This document shows, piece after piece, positions 24,448-37,326 of a stretch of DNA of 64,000 bases. The notes below the pieces were generated by a model. The model ran no database searches. It was not told the DNA's origin and saw nothing but the letters and a program-made list of their open reading frames with translations. The position numbers and the translations under genes are program-made. Numbering within the stretch: position 1 is the first letter of the stretch; every line of letters starts with the position of its first letter. Origin of the DNA: Psammoneis japonica (Eukaryota); contig QPGO01000218.1 of the NCBI GenBank assembly GCA_008632985.1, positions 1-64,000 on the forward strand, in the 5' to 3' direction.

Positions 24448-27400
24448 TTACATGATGCTTTTGGGCCACGTCCGAGTGGCCATTGCTGTGATTTTTGACA
24501 AAAATGCTGCTGCCTCACAACCCACAAAATCATTTCTTTTTCTTTCCAAAACACAGACAGGCAATGCAACTCAAGTTGACCATAGGATTGGTTGCAGCAG
24601 TGGCAACATTTAACACCAAGTGCAAGAAACACCTGGAGAGCATGGGGAAACATTGCTGTGATCATGAGGTGTGTGTCCCACCGGCAAAGAAAGGCATCTT
24701 CATTCAATGCCTTAAATCATCATCTGATCTTTTTGCTCAATTTCTTTGTTTCTTCTGCATCTCACACTGCAGCAAATGTTTTGAAGGTCAGAAGTGGAAT
24801 GCACTCAGCAGACACCCATGAACTTGGATGGTGCATTTGACAAAGATGACAGAGAAAAGCATGCACTCTTTCTTTGGTTTGCAAGTGCGGCAATCCTTGC
24901 TTGTCACGATCATCTGCAACGATCAAATCGACTCAATGTTTGCATCAATTCATCTAAAAGTTTCAACCAATGGCTCAAACACCACCCTGTGTGACTTGGG
25001 GAGACTGTCCTGGGCAGTCATCAGGTGTTAAAAATTTGTGCGAGTTCCTGAGGAGCCCCAAGCAGTTGGAGATTGGATCCTGTGAACATGCCAGCTCCAA
25101 CCAAATTGATTTGGAGCACGGAGCACAGCTCAAATTGTGCTCATGTTGTCTGCAAAGAGGTGTTTTTAAGTGGCCAATGCTTCTAAGATTTTGGGATCAA
25201 ACTGTAGAAAATGCTGCCAGCAACAATTAAATGACAAGAGCTGGCCAGAGCCCTTCTGTTGGACACCCATTCTCTCATCATTTTGCAGGCACGGAATGAT
25301 GCACAGTTTGTTGACAGCAGTGTGGGTTGAACACTGTGCAACAGATCAGGAAGCATCTGCTGCATGGGAGGACATTTAAAGTGAGCAACAGCAAGAATCA
25401 CCAAGCACAATCAGTGCCATTTAACCACAAAAGGTGGGTTTGATCCAGGACTTGGTGTGAGCATGCAGGCAGTTCTCTCTGCTGGGCTCCAAGCACTGGA
25501 GATCATTGCTGCAATGATGAGATTGGCTTTGTTAAAGAGCAATGTCACAAAGTGGCATGAGCTGGTGCTTTCAATGGCCAATTGCAACTGGGAGTTGTCT
25601 CCCATCTTGTGAGTTGTCTGCTGTGACCAACCCACCCAACAAGAGAATCTGCAGTGGATTCGTCGGACCCCCTTCCATTGCAGTCTCCAAAATGTGTGTG
25701 CATTGAAGGTCCAAGCACTGTGAACATTGTGTGCATGGTGGAGAAGTCAAAGAAGCCAGTGATCACACAGAAACTGACCTGCATCACATCCCTTCTCACC
25801 AACACATGTGCCTTGACTGCTGCTCCCCATGAAATCCAGTGTGTGGAGACCAGTCTTCCGGCATTGAAGTGGTGGCCTCATTTTGATTGCACTGCCAAGG
25901 TCTGTGACAATCATCCATGTCATGTGTGAGACAAGCAAGCCACCCAAAAGAGTTCACATCACACCCAAAAAATTCTTGCAAGCTTGCAAAAGAGGATTTC
26001 ATGATCAAAAGTGCAAGAAAGGGATCAATCCTTCTGCGGAGCCAAAATGACACCGTGCCCATGCCAAATGAAACAAGCAATGCCTGTGAGCACACATTGC
26101 ATGTGAAAAATTCTTACAATGACAAGCAGCTGTTTCACACTTGCCTTGGTTGTTTCACACATCACCATCACACTGCAGCTCTCCTGGCAGAAGTGGAAAA
26201 GAGGACATGACATGTTGGTGCTTCAACAGTGATTTCCTGACTGATTGTTGCAATGACTCTGCCTGCAAAGCTCTCTCAAACAACAGCCAAAGCAAAAACA
26301 CTGTATTTCAAGAGTCTTGACAACTGGTGCATTGTGCAAAGCTTGCTTGAGTGCCTTTCAGAAACAAGCTCACTTTCTTTCACCACAACAGATTGAGCCA
26401 GCCAGCAAACTGCAGCACACAGCAAAAACACTCATCTGAGCCACACAGGTGACTCAAACAAAGTCAGAGATCTGACAAATGGAAGGAAAAAAAAAACAAA
26501 TGAAAGTTCTTGACAAGTGTTTTAAATTTGGACAGAATGATCCTCCACACAGGTGGCTCACAATGAGCAAAAAAGATTCAATCATTTGTGACTTGACAAT
26601 TGCTGAGAAACAAAATTGACAACTGTGTGTGTTGAAGATCTGTGGATGCAGTCAGCATGCATGTGTGAAAATTTCAGTCATTGACAAGTTGCACTCTTGT
26701 CAAGCACGGAAACATGTTGCAGACAATTGGCGCATTTTCCAACCATTTGACAAAAGCTTTTTGAATCTCTGGGGTGACTTCATGAGGGCATTGACAAGGT
26801 TGCACTGAAGACCACATGATGCCTTCCTCTTGTCCTTGACCAAGGCTGCTCCAACATTTTTGCTTTTTTTCATTTGGCAATCAATGCACAGTGCTTTTGT
26901 TTGCACCCAGCACTTTTGCAAAGGTGTTGAAAAAACCTCAGGTGTGCCGTTTGACTTGTGGAGAAAATCAAAGATTCCTGCTGCAGCAGAATGGACAAAA
27001 GATCTTTTGTTGTCAGCACAAAAATCTTTGCCATCGTTGTTGGCATGCACCAACATTTTGCCCAGCTGCTTTGTATTTGCGTGGCAGCTTCCATTGCTTT
27101 GGGCAACACAAAAATGCAAACCTGGACAGTCAAAGCAACATCAGGCATGGACAAAGTGCAGAGCACCAAGGCCACAGCTTGTTGCTCAGGGACATTGGTG
27201 GAGGACAAGATGGCATCTCTTGTTCTTGTGGCAGCCAGCATGGCACTGTGCTTGTGTTGACAATCTTTGTGGGTTTTTACAAAATGAGCCAATGGCTCTG
27301 TCTGTGGCATGAACTTTGGTGGCAGTTGCCAAGTCAGAAGGAGTGGTGGTGTCCAAAGGAGCAGCAGAGGGAGTGACGGCGGCATTGTCAGAGGTGAGCC

Positions 27401-28946
27401 ATGCTGTTGGAGCAAGTGGCTGCATGTTGCAGATTCAGCAGGAGCTGGGAGGGCCAGGATTTCCACGGAAAACACAGATCTTTGCATTTGCAACTCCAAA
27501 CTGCTTCTTCTCTTTGTCATGGGGCATTGGAGTGAGAAGTGAAAAGGAAATGGGCAATGCAGCAGATGTGTGCTCCAGCCCCAGGCAGGACTCTGTGTGA
27601 CATGAGCCTGCAAAGTTCCACACTGTGGCCAGTGGATGCACTCATCATTCCAGCAAAGCCACACAGAAATGTGTGGGCAACATGCGGCACATGGCAAAAA
27701 AACATCAATGTCACAGCTCAGCAGCATGAGGCCCCACCTGGCTGGAGCTGGAGTGCATCAGCAGAAGAGGAATGTTTTTGGTGCACTCAACAGAAAACTT
27801 GTCACTTCAGTGGCTGTGAAAATTGAGTGCCAAGAGTGACTTCATCTTAGCTGGGGGCAAAGAACAAACACACAAGCTCCAAAAAACGAAAAAAGTGGCT
27901 GTGTGGCCACCATCTTTTGTGCAGAAAAGACAACACATCAAAACCACGTTGTTTGGCACATCAAACTCCTCTTCAATTTGTCATTTTTTTAAATTGCATG
28001 GCAAGCTCACATGAAAAATGCAAAGTTTTGTGCACACTCACATCTTGACTTTGTAAAAATCAAAAACTGAAGGAGCCAAACACAAATGGGCCATTTGATG
28101 GATTGTGTGCTGTCCAAGTGTGTCGCCTGCTGGAGCTGGAGCCAGCCCTTTGCTCTCTTTGCTCATGAGGCAGCAAGCCAGAAATGGCACCATTGGTCAA
28201 AGTGCTGTTGGGCACAACAAAGCAGAAGAATGTGAAATTGAGAGAGTCAACAAGATTGAGAAGGTGTTGTTGTTCTGTGATCTTTTGTCTTTGTCATTGC
28301 AGCAAGTGTTGCTGCTCATTGACACTTAAAAGATCTTGATCCTTGAAAGAGCTCCAGCAGTTTTTTCATGAAGTGCCAGGCCTCTGATGGTTTTTGTCCA
28401 GACCTCAGACCTTGCAAGTCATGATGGGCGTGCAGAGCAGCAGCCGCACCCTGGTCTTTGTTCCTGTTTTGAACAAACAGAGTGAGCAAAACAAGCCTCC
28501 CACTGGGGTGGCACTGACCACTGCTCAGCATGCTCCATGCCACATTGTTGCGCTGCACACAGGGTTGAGCACAGGGTGCATGTGAGCCACTGACACATTG
28601 GTGCACATGACCAAAGCACATCTCCGGTGGTCAAAGTGCGCCACTGATGTCCAATGCTGTGCACATTGTTCATGAACAAAGGATGGTGAAACATCGTTGC
28701 TGACAGCACAAAGTCTCATCTTTTTTGCAGCAGAGTCACTGCGCAAGTTCCCAACCACACCAGAACTCTCAATGAGTTGATGCAAGATCTCTTAAACTTA
28801 GACCTCGTGTCTGCTTGTCTGCTAGTCCGATCCCCGCCGCGCCGCACTTGTGTCGAAGTGGGTGGGTTTCGATTGCGACATGGCTGGCACAATGGCGCAC
28901 GGCACGATTGTGAACGTTGCCTTCGTGGAATGCATCCTTCTTGGAC

Positions 28947-30572
28947 ATGAGATATAACGGAGCGTTGGTGCCGATGCGGCATGCGGTTTGTTTACTTGCG
29001 TTTCTATGTTTACAGTCTCACTTCCACTTAGTCTCTTCGTGGAAGAACTGGATGGCAGACTCTGCTGATGATGCCAAAGCGCCGGACATGGATATGAAAG
29101 AACTAAAATCTTCTTACGGGGTAGATTGCTCTTTTCCGACTCACCACACAAATGGGTGTGAGTCTAACCCGTTTGGAAGCTCGACTCAAAAGGCGTATGA
29201 TGCGTACATGCAAGGCTGCAAGAAGTACTATGCAATTTCTCCCGAGCGGTGCGACGAATGGGAAAATCAGCGCATGGAAAGAAATAGGAACCAACCCGTG
29301 TCGAGCCACGTGAGTGGAGACAATGTCCATATTCAATGCTTCCCTTTCGATACCCTCACGATCCTTACATTTGCGCCTCGCACTAGAATTTTACTGCTTT
29401 GGGGTTCGCAAAGATGCGAGCACCTAGGTCGCTATGGAGGCGATTGCTCGCGCTCTTGGATGAACACGGCGGCGAGGAAGTCGGCGAGAGGGGTCGAGAG
29501 GCAAACACATGGATGAATCAATGGGATTTTTTCTCGTACATGATTGACATTCGTCGTGCAGTTGGCATGGATTTGCAGAAGGACATTATTCAAGTTATAT
29601 TGCCAATTGTTGAGCGATGGACTAAAACGTCGTTGTCGCCTGCTGCGGTTTATGGAATTCGTTTGTTTATTTCGGGGACGACTGTACCGCCACATGTAGA
29701 CCTTCCACCGCTTGCCGTCACTGCTGTTTTAAATATTGCCCAGGAACCAGAAGATCAGGCTTGGCCAATGGAATTGATTGGTCATGACGGTCGTGCTTAC
29801 AATATTTCGTCCAGGCCCGGAGAGATGATCCTATACACCGGGAGCTCGGTCATACATGGCCATCCCTTTCCAATGCAAGGCACTTACAGTGCTTTTGTTT
29901 ATGTCTACTTTGAACCAAATGCTGTCCCTTATATTCATAACAAGGAAAATGAGGTCGGCGATGCTGTCAAGAAATCAATGAAGGAAGCTTACAAATATGC
30001 CATGGAGCGGAAGCAGGTTGAGAGCAGCAGGAAGCGTGACATGCCTGATTTCCTTGATGGAACGGGAGAGGGGCGGATGTGGACTCAGCAATATGTGTAC
30101 GCCGACATACGTCATGTAAGTTTGATCTTGCTCTCTCCTCGCTCTTTTCATCTTCATTCCCTACTGATCTTCCCCCATTTGAACTGGCTCGTTCAAAGGA
30201 GACGCCGGTAGAACATAACATGAAGTTGCGCCAAACCGTAGCGCATCGCGCTGCAGCTAAAGGCAACCTAGAAGCTCTCAAAGAAATTGGAAGCAAAGAT
30301 GCGTCATTGCTTCATCAAGAGGATGCCAACGGATGGAGACCTTTGCACGAGGCCGCTCGAGCTGGTAGTGTTGAAGTTATACAGTATCTTGTTGACAACG
30401 GGGCCAATGTAATGAGAGAACAAACCGTGGGAAAGGAGGAACGCCGCTGTGGTGGGCGTCCTTCTTCCACGGCGAGAAGCACGAATCTGTGGAACTCCTA
30501 AAGAAGCTTGGTGGTGTGGCCATCAAACCACAAATGACTTGTTGTAGAGTTTCATGGGTGATTGCGCGGTAA
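28947..30572 (+). CDS. Secreted protein with a 2OG-Fe(II) oxygenase-like domain and C-terminal ankyrin repeats, with an apparent 1-nt frameshift at about 30410
   Basis: Signal-peptide-like N-terminus. YGVDCSFP, YGIR..PHVD..WPMELIGHDG..PGEMILY..VIHGHPFP, ankyrin DANGWRPLHEAARAG. The frame GANV/NERT..GGTPLWWA is restored by one base. Two introns (about 29310-29385 and from 30116). Confidence 0.82.
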
Positions 30573-30733
30573 AATTAGCCTGTATCTGTAGATTAATGGC
30601 GTAGCGATAAACCCTCAAATTGACTTGCTCGAGCTGCGAAGCAAAGTAAGACTACCATGGTGTGCTTTTTCTCTCGCATGCCTGTTCAACGTTGCAAACG
30701 CTGTGCGTACCGTCGAAACTACAGTAAGATTAT

Positions 30734-31000
30734 TCAATCAGTCTCGACTCTTTTCTTTGGATTCCCTGGATTTTTCTTTCTTCCTCTGTTATCTCTTTCC
30801 CTATTTTCTTCTTCGGGGCGGTCCTCCGACAGAAGTTTCAGCAATGCATCGCTCAGTTGGCAAACCACGGTGCAAGCGACAGCGTAGGCGGATAGTCGCC
30901 CCCAGTCAAATTTCGCAACGAGAAGTTCCCCACCGAGAGCAGTAAGAAATAAAAGTACGAACAGATGTAGAAATCGTTTGGCATCTAAAGTGAACTTCAT
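30734..31000 (-). CDS. Possible small membrane protein (88 aa)
   Basis: ATG at 31000, two hydrophobic segments and a charged tail. No family recognised. Confidence 0.4.
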   Translation of the reverse strand: MKFTLDAKRFLHLFVLLFLTALGGELLVAKFDWGRLSAYAVACTVVCQLSDALLKLLSEDRPEEENRERDNRGRKKNPGNPKKRVETD

Positions 31001-31414
31001 GGCTGACTTCTTCTTGTTGCGTCGTTTCTCATTCGGTTTCTGGATTTTGGATTTCCTGGAGAGCTTTTGACAATTTTCTGCGGGGCTGGACGACGAATCG
31101 TTCGACTTGAGCGACGACAACATGACGACACGCGCGCATCACGCATCCGCCATCCATCCGCTGCCATGAGCAGAGCAACATTGCTTGAACATCGCAGACG
31201 CGCTGCCGTCGCCCCAAGCAATTGTACCTTGCCGCTTGCCGCCTGTATGTATTTGCCGCTTTGTGTTTCCTGTAATGCGCTTGTCTTGAAGATTATTATA
31301 ATTTGTTCGAGAACCAGAGTAGTACGGTAGACAGCAACGCGCTGCTGTCACTCTCTCTTCGCACACGCGAGAATATTTGTTGAATGATTAATTCGTCCAA
31401 AGAGGAGTGACCCA

Positions 31415-33230
31415 ATGGAGAAACAAACACTAGACAATTCCCAAGGCGTCAGGAAACGAGAGAAAAGACAAAGACCCAAAAGGAAGAGGAAGCGTCCGAA
31501 ATCAAGTATTCACACGAATGATAGTTTGAAGCATGAAACGTACACACGTCGACTGGACTTATTGCGCGACGACAGGCTGGGCGATCCTTGCCCCTTAATT
31601 CGGATCGTGAAGCCGTATCCTTTCACTTTTTCCACGTTTGCCAAGGCACGTTGGATTGGTCGATCCCTCCTGGATGTTTATCATGAAGAGTTTGGGAGCT
31701 ATGTAAGTATGTTGGAGGGCGCAATCCATGACTCTGATACCGTATCGTAGCGCTTGAGGCTTTCACTCAATAGAATGGAATTTTCTTTCTCCAATATACC
31801 ACCTTTAGCCGAGGAGTTACTATGAGCGAGCAATCAGGGAGGGGAAAATTTTGGTTTCAGACAGAAAGGTTGATCCTACTTACACGATCAAGGGACCCGA
31901 CGTTTTGACACACACTGTCCACCGCCATGAACCTGCAGTGGCGGAAAACATAACAATGGTGAAAGAAACCAAAGAACTGGTGGTAGTGGATAAGCCTGGG
32001 ACCTTACCGGTGCATCCGTGCGGTGGATATCATATGAACTGTCTATTGAACATCTTGGAACCACAATATGGGAAGCTCTTCACCATCAATCGGCTTGATC
32101 GCCTGACGTCAGGGTTGGTTATACTAGCCAGAAGTTCTTCTACCGCCCAGGAGTTGGGCCGCTGCATCATGGCGCGTGATACATGCAAGAAGGTATATCT
32201 GGCAAGAGTCCGTGGAAAGTTCCCCACGTCGTGCCGTCCTGACTTAAACCTAATGGATAATAAGACGATCACAAACCCTCCGTGTCGATTTGGGGAAAAG
32301 CACCCATCAAACGTAACTTCGGAGTCGACAGGGAAGAGCATTCGCAGTCGCCACTGTCTTGGATATTGGATAACCGACAAGGCAGGTAATCTAAAAGTCG
32401 AAGCCTCCCTGGCGCAAGTTCATGAATCTCAGTGGGATGAAGATGACTGGTTGCGAGAACTGGATACTCTCTCGCCTTCAAATGCAGGCGAGCATGACAC
32501 GAAGAAGGCTCGGGAAATGTTGTGGTTTAATCTAGCATGTCCGACTCGAATTTCGGTTCCAAAGGATGGGATTTGTGAAGCTGGATCGTTTGTCGACCTT
32601 GAAGATGCTCTTTACGAAAAGACTGTCAAAGCATGTGAGACGGCATTTGGTGTGATACGGTACGACAAAACGACAGATTCAACCATTGTGTTATGCCGAC
32701 CAATGACTGGGAGAACACACCAGATTCGATTGCATCTTCAATACCTTGGCCATCCTATTGCAAATGATCCCAACTACGGGGGACACCTGTGGTATGGCGA
32801 CGCAAAGGGCGAGGAAGCCTGCCGGTTTGCGAGATCTGAATTAGATGCAATGGACAATGCCACGGACGCGGAAGTGACTAAGTTGAAAGGTGGTGATGAC
32901 TCTCAAGAAGTCATGGTACGTGCGAAGGCGCCACATGGATCCACCTCGACGGATACACCTGCAACAGAAGAAGAAGTAACAGCGGTATCGCTTCAACCCA
33001 GAATGCATGGGGAGTCCATGGAGGATTTCGTCAAGAAGACGTGTGTATGGTGTGCTCGGAGTCGCGTCGGTGGCAACGACCGTACGATGCTTGAGTTTCT
33101 GGTTAGAAGTAGAGGCATCTGGCTTCACGCGCTGCAGTACACCTTACTTGACTTGCATGGGCAGAAGTTGAGCTTTCGAACGGCGTTGCCGTCATGGAGT
33201 CGGGCTAAGGCAGAGACTGAACTAAATTAA
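31415..33230 (+). CDS. RluA-family RNA pseudouridine synthase (Pus8/Pus9-like), 2 exons
   Basis: VKPYPFTFSTFAKARWIGR, HRHEP, VVDKPGTLPVHPCGGY, catalytic RLDRLTSG, TGRTHQIRLHLQYLGHPIAND, IWLHA. Intron at about 31703-31808. Confidence 0.92.
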
Positions 33231-33367
33231 TGAGGAAAGAAGCTCGCTATGGAACTTTGTTTTAAATCATCATACGTACAATACTTTAAAGGATTTAGTG
33301 CATATATTACTTCTCGCGCGAATCGATCAGCAAGAGCAACTGCACCTTAACAAAAGAATCCATAAAT

Positions 33368-36300
33368 TCACACTTCCGTCATGTCTTCTTGGTCAGTGAG
33401 CTGATTCATCATATCTGCCACACTGTATTTGATATTGCTAAACATGCGACGAAAATGAACCTCAAGCGCCGTGTAGTCTCCATGAGGCTGTTGCAAGTTG
33501 TTGTGGGCAACGAGGCATAGCTGACCAAGGGAGACAATCCGATCTTTCAGTTCATTGCGCCTAGCAATACTTTGATCATCTCGGAAACCTTTCTGCTTCG
33601 ACACAAGCATTTCATAGACACCTTTGTCCAGAGGAACTCCGATGTCATCGTCTTCGGAAGCGGGAGGGAGTTTTAACTGAAGCTTGTCCTTTTCTGCCTG
33701 GTCGACATTAAGGTTTTCGATCAATTCTTTTTGGTCGCGCAAAACCTTCTCGGTTTCTAGCCACAAAGCCTTTGCATCGTCGCTCAGGCTCTTACTTCCG
33801 TCAGGAGGCTGAGTAATTCGAAGGAGTTCCTGTAGACTCTCGTCACCTTCTTTTGCAGGCACGCGATCTACAACATGTAACAACACCGAAAGAAAATCAT
33901 TCTGGGTCGCGTCACTTTCTTTGAAGCTCTTCGTCTTGTTGTAACAGAAGCGGATGTACAATTGATCGAGTACCGCACGGAGATGAACCGCCTCGGGAAG
34001 CGTGTCGTGCATTTCCCAAACCATACTGAGCACGTTGTGATCCATCGCAAGAGTCATATCCTCGTGTACATATCCGAGACCCTTGATGACTTCAGTAGAC
34101 AGCCCAAGATACTCGTCGGAAACTTTACCAGCGCAGAAATCATGCAACGGCGTACTGGTCATCCACTGCATCATTTCTTCAGTGACGGTGGGGTGGCAAT
34201 GCTGAGCGCGCTGCATCTTGCGAAGCGCAGTCGCAAACGGAGTTGTTTTACCTTCCGGCTCGTGGATGAAGTGCTTCGTATCCGTAGGATCGTTGGACGC
34301 TGCCAGTGCCTCTTGCAACGCAATCAAGGGATAGCGAGGTTCTTTGCCAGTGACCTGGCTGATTTGTCCAAGCATAAGGTTTTCGATGTACGGCCACTCC
34401 ATTCCGAGATAAATGATGTTACCCTGAACGTCCATTCCTCGGCGACCAGCGCGACCCTGCATCTGTTGTGCAATGAGCGGGGTAAGAGCATCTCCCATAT
34501 CTCCGCAGAAAATGCACGACCGAAAAGGCATGTTGACACCATACGCGAGAGCAGAGTCCGAAAAGACAACAGCAAGACGGCCTTTCTGTGCAAGCATTTG
34601 CACTTGACGACGGTAGCAAGAGAAACCAACTTCGTTCGTGTAAATTGCAATCCCACGACGCAATCCTCGAATAAGCGCGTGGTTGATATCAACCCGTTCA
34701 CCCGACTTCTTCATGTCGGCGATGATATCCTCTACCTCGTTATAGTTGAGGCGCTTTCCTGCCGGAGACAAGACATATTTATCGTGAGGTTTTGTGGTGT
34801 CTTCCTGAATAAGCGAGTCATCGGTGAATCCTGATTTCGCATCCTCTTCGGCTTCAGCAGCGTTTTCACGGTTAGCTTTTCCCGCTGCCACTTTCCGCAT
34901 CGCCGCCTTCTCACGGGCCACTTTCATGAGGTCCTTCCTGTAGGTGGGAAATTCGGCCACTTGTTCGCTCTCCAGACGATGAAGTAGCGTTTTAAACATA
35001 TTAAACGCGCCATAAGTGTTGAGCTGGAAAGCCACGGCGGGAAGAAGGTCACTGGATTTCAGTTGGCCCACCACGCCGTAGAGAATGTCGCTCACGTCTT
35101 CTTTCGCGGTCAAAGGCGGCGGAACCTGTGCCACGCGAAGCCTTTCGTAGAGATCAGGGTGCAACTGTGAGAGCGTTGCGAGACGTGCCTTAAGGTGATT
35201 CTCGTATTCTTTCGTTTGATTCAATGTGATGCGTTTGCTTTCGTCGACATACTGGTTGAAAAAATTGTCTGGATCATCCAAATCCTCCAAAGCAGTAGAC
35301 GGAAAGATCGACCTCATCCTCTTCCACAAATCCATCATGTCGGTCGGAGTCATGGAGAGCGCCGCCACCAAGTCCGCCTGATCGCGGAGCCTTTCGGGGG
35401 TCATTGCCGCGACGGGATGAAGCTTGACAAGCTTATGCCTAGTTTTACCATCCTTTCCCTCCGACTCTGTCACCACGTAGCGCTGGAGGTTGATAAATCT
35501 CGCAAAATGTTCCTTCAGGACAACTTCTTCCGCTTTCTCCGGCGCGTCAACAATAGTGGCAATGTGTTCGTTTTGGACGGACTTAAACCAATCCCTAAGC
35601 TGCGTCGCGTTGCCAATGGTGGCACTAAGAGCAAGGCTTGGGCAGTTGCACGATTTGATGATCCTCTGCAGAGCATCGCCCTCAGGACCGTTCAGCGTGT
35701 GAACCTCGTCCAGGACCAAATAGTCGAACTGGCTGTATCCGCCATCCAAAATCATAAATTCCCTCTCTCCTTTGGTCATTTCCTGCCCAGCACACCCACG
35801 AACTTTGCTAAGGCTCTTTTCAAGAGCTCGAGGGGTTCCAATATACACCTGGGCGTCCCCGGTGACTTCCTGAAACGTGATTTGGTCAGTGCAAATGGTA
35901 ACGTTGCCTTTAAAGAACTGATAATACGTCGCAGCGATCTGCCAAACCAGAACTTCACTTGGAAGCACAAAGAGTACCGTCCCATTCGCGTTCTTACACG
36001 TGTAGGTACTTAGAAGAGTTTTCCCGGATGAAGTGGGCGCGCAAACGACCGCAGATTCGCGGTTGTCTATCGCTTCCAGGATAGCGCACTGCCACTCTTC
36101 GAGCTGGAACTTTCTGTTGTATCGACTAAGGGGAGGTAGCCTGTCGGGCATCTCGGTCAATTGAAAAGAGATGAGATTTGACTTGCCCCCCATTAGCTTG
36201 CGTGCATACTTGAGAGAATCCTTGTACGATCCACGGCTATCCCCGCCTTCCTTGAATAGAGATTTTAGCGCCTGGGCGTCCGGAGACAGTGCAATCTTCT

Positions 36301-37326
36301 CCTTTTTCTCATCCGAGCTCCCTTTCTTGTCTTTTTTAGACTTCTTGGAATCCTTCTCCTTCTTATCTTTTTTCGAACTCTTCTTCTCGTCCTTATCTTT
36401 TTTCTTTGCGGCTTTTTCAAGAGCAAGCTCTGTATCCGCCTTTTTAAAGGAAGGCATTTCTTCCAATGCCCAAAGGATATCTAACACCTCCGATTCGCTC
36501 GAATTGACTGAACCTAGCCGGAGATCACACACGGCTAGATGAAGCATCTTGATCATGCGGTTAATCTTGCCACCATCGGTTTCACACGTAGCGTCTTGAA
36601 GAGCCTTCAGCGTCTTCAGGTTCGAGAGTTTCTGGAGATCACGTAGCTGGTCCTTCTTATCCTGCTCCGCTGCGTTCGACTCCCGAATGGTATCGGCGGT
36701 CGATTTCTTCTTTTCTGCCGACTTTTTGCCCTTTTTTGTGGGCTTCTCGGAAGTTTTCACAAGCTCTTTAGCTTCTTGTTTTGCAGAACTGCGACGCTCT
36801 TGCTCTTCTTCCCACTTTTCCGCAGGGTCGAAGATAGATCCGGCAGGTGGAGCCATATCACGGAGAATCAACGGAATCGACGACTTCTGCTTGGTGACAA
36901 TGATTGCCTTGCGCGCATCTTTATCGAACGACTAGAGACAACGAAAGAAGTCAGATACGAAGTAGTAGTTTCAATTTCATAGCCATGAGCCATGAACAAC
37001 AGGCACAGGAAGATTCCAAGATTTACAGAGTGCCACAATGCTGTTCAGAGTCGACGGCAAGGCGAAAACACTTGAACCACTCGTTGATCCATACAAAACA
37101 CGCGTATGTAGAATCCTACCTTGGCAATACCGTCTTTGTACATGAGCGACGCTCTGTCGACCCAAAAGACATCGAAGGTTCTCGTCTTGAAGATGAGCTC
37201 CTGGTCCGAAACAGGAGCTTCAGCCGCATTGGCGGCGGCCGCCGAAGCGGCCTGCGTCGAAGTTACTTGGTTGTTAGCATTGGCGCCGGCGGCGTTCGCC
37301 TTTTGCGGTGCAGGAACGAAAGACAT
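33368..37326 (-). CDS. Ski2-like DExH RNA helicase, DDX60-like, 2 exons
   Basis: APTSSGKT, DEVH, LSATIGN, LRRGIAIY, LAYGVNMPFRS, QMQGRAGRRG. The upstream exon MSFVPAPQK...DGIAK (ATG 37326) splices near 37118 to about 36933. Confidence 0.88.

Larger units (their letters stand above)
10500..28790. other. Repeat/transposon-derived block 1, TpA-depleted and mostly CpG-depleted, CpA/TpG-rich
   Basis: About 20 TA dinucleotides by eye in 10.5-15.8 kb. ORFs are Cys/His-rich and nearly Tyr-free. Contains a Gypsy element and a satellite. Edges approximate. Confidence 0.85.

Noticed and set aside
10500..28790. Dense overlapping Cys/His-rich ORFs in all six frames (also 37.7-49.5 and 60.3-62.4 kb) as novel metal-binding proteins
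   Set aside because: They are a by-product of losing TAA/TAG stops and Tyr codons in CA/TG-rich DNA, and they show no coherent domain structure.
10500..28790. Alternative genetic code or foreign/viral insert explaining the composition
   Set aside because: Recognisable transposon motifs read in the standard code but are degraded, and no viral hallmark genes are seen.
33962..36013. Long antisense ORFs opposite the helicase (and opposite ftsZ at 56591-57349)
   Set aside because: They are shadow ORFs of conserved coding strands and carry no motifs of their own.
7381..37326. HLTF-like, RluA or DDX60-like genes as the machinery of the hypermutation
   Set aside because: None has a deaminase (HxE..PCxxC) or methyltransferase motif, and adjacency in a eukaryotic genome is not evidence of function.
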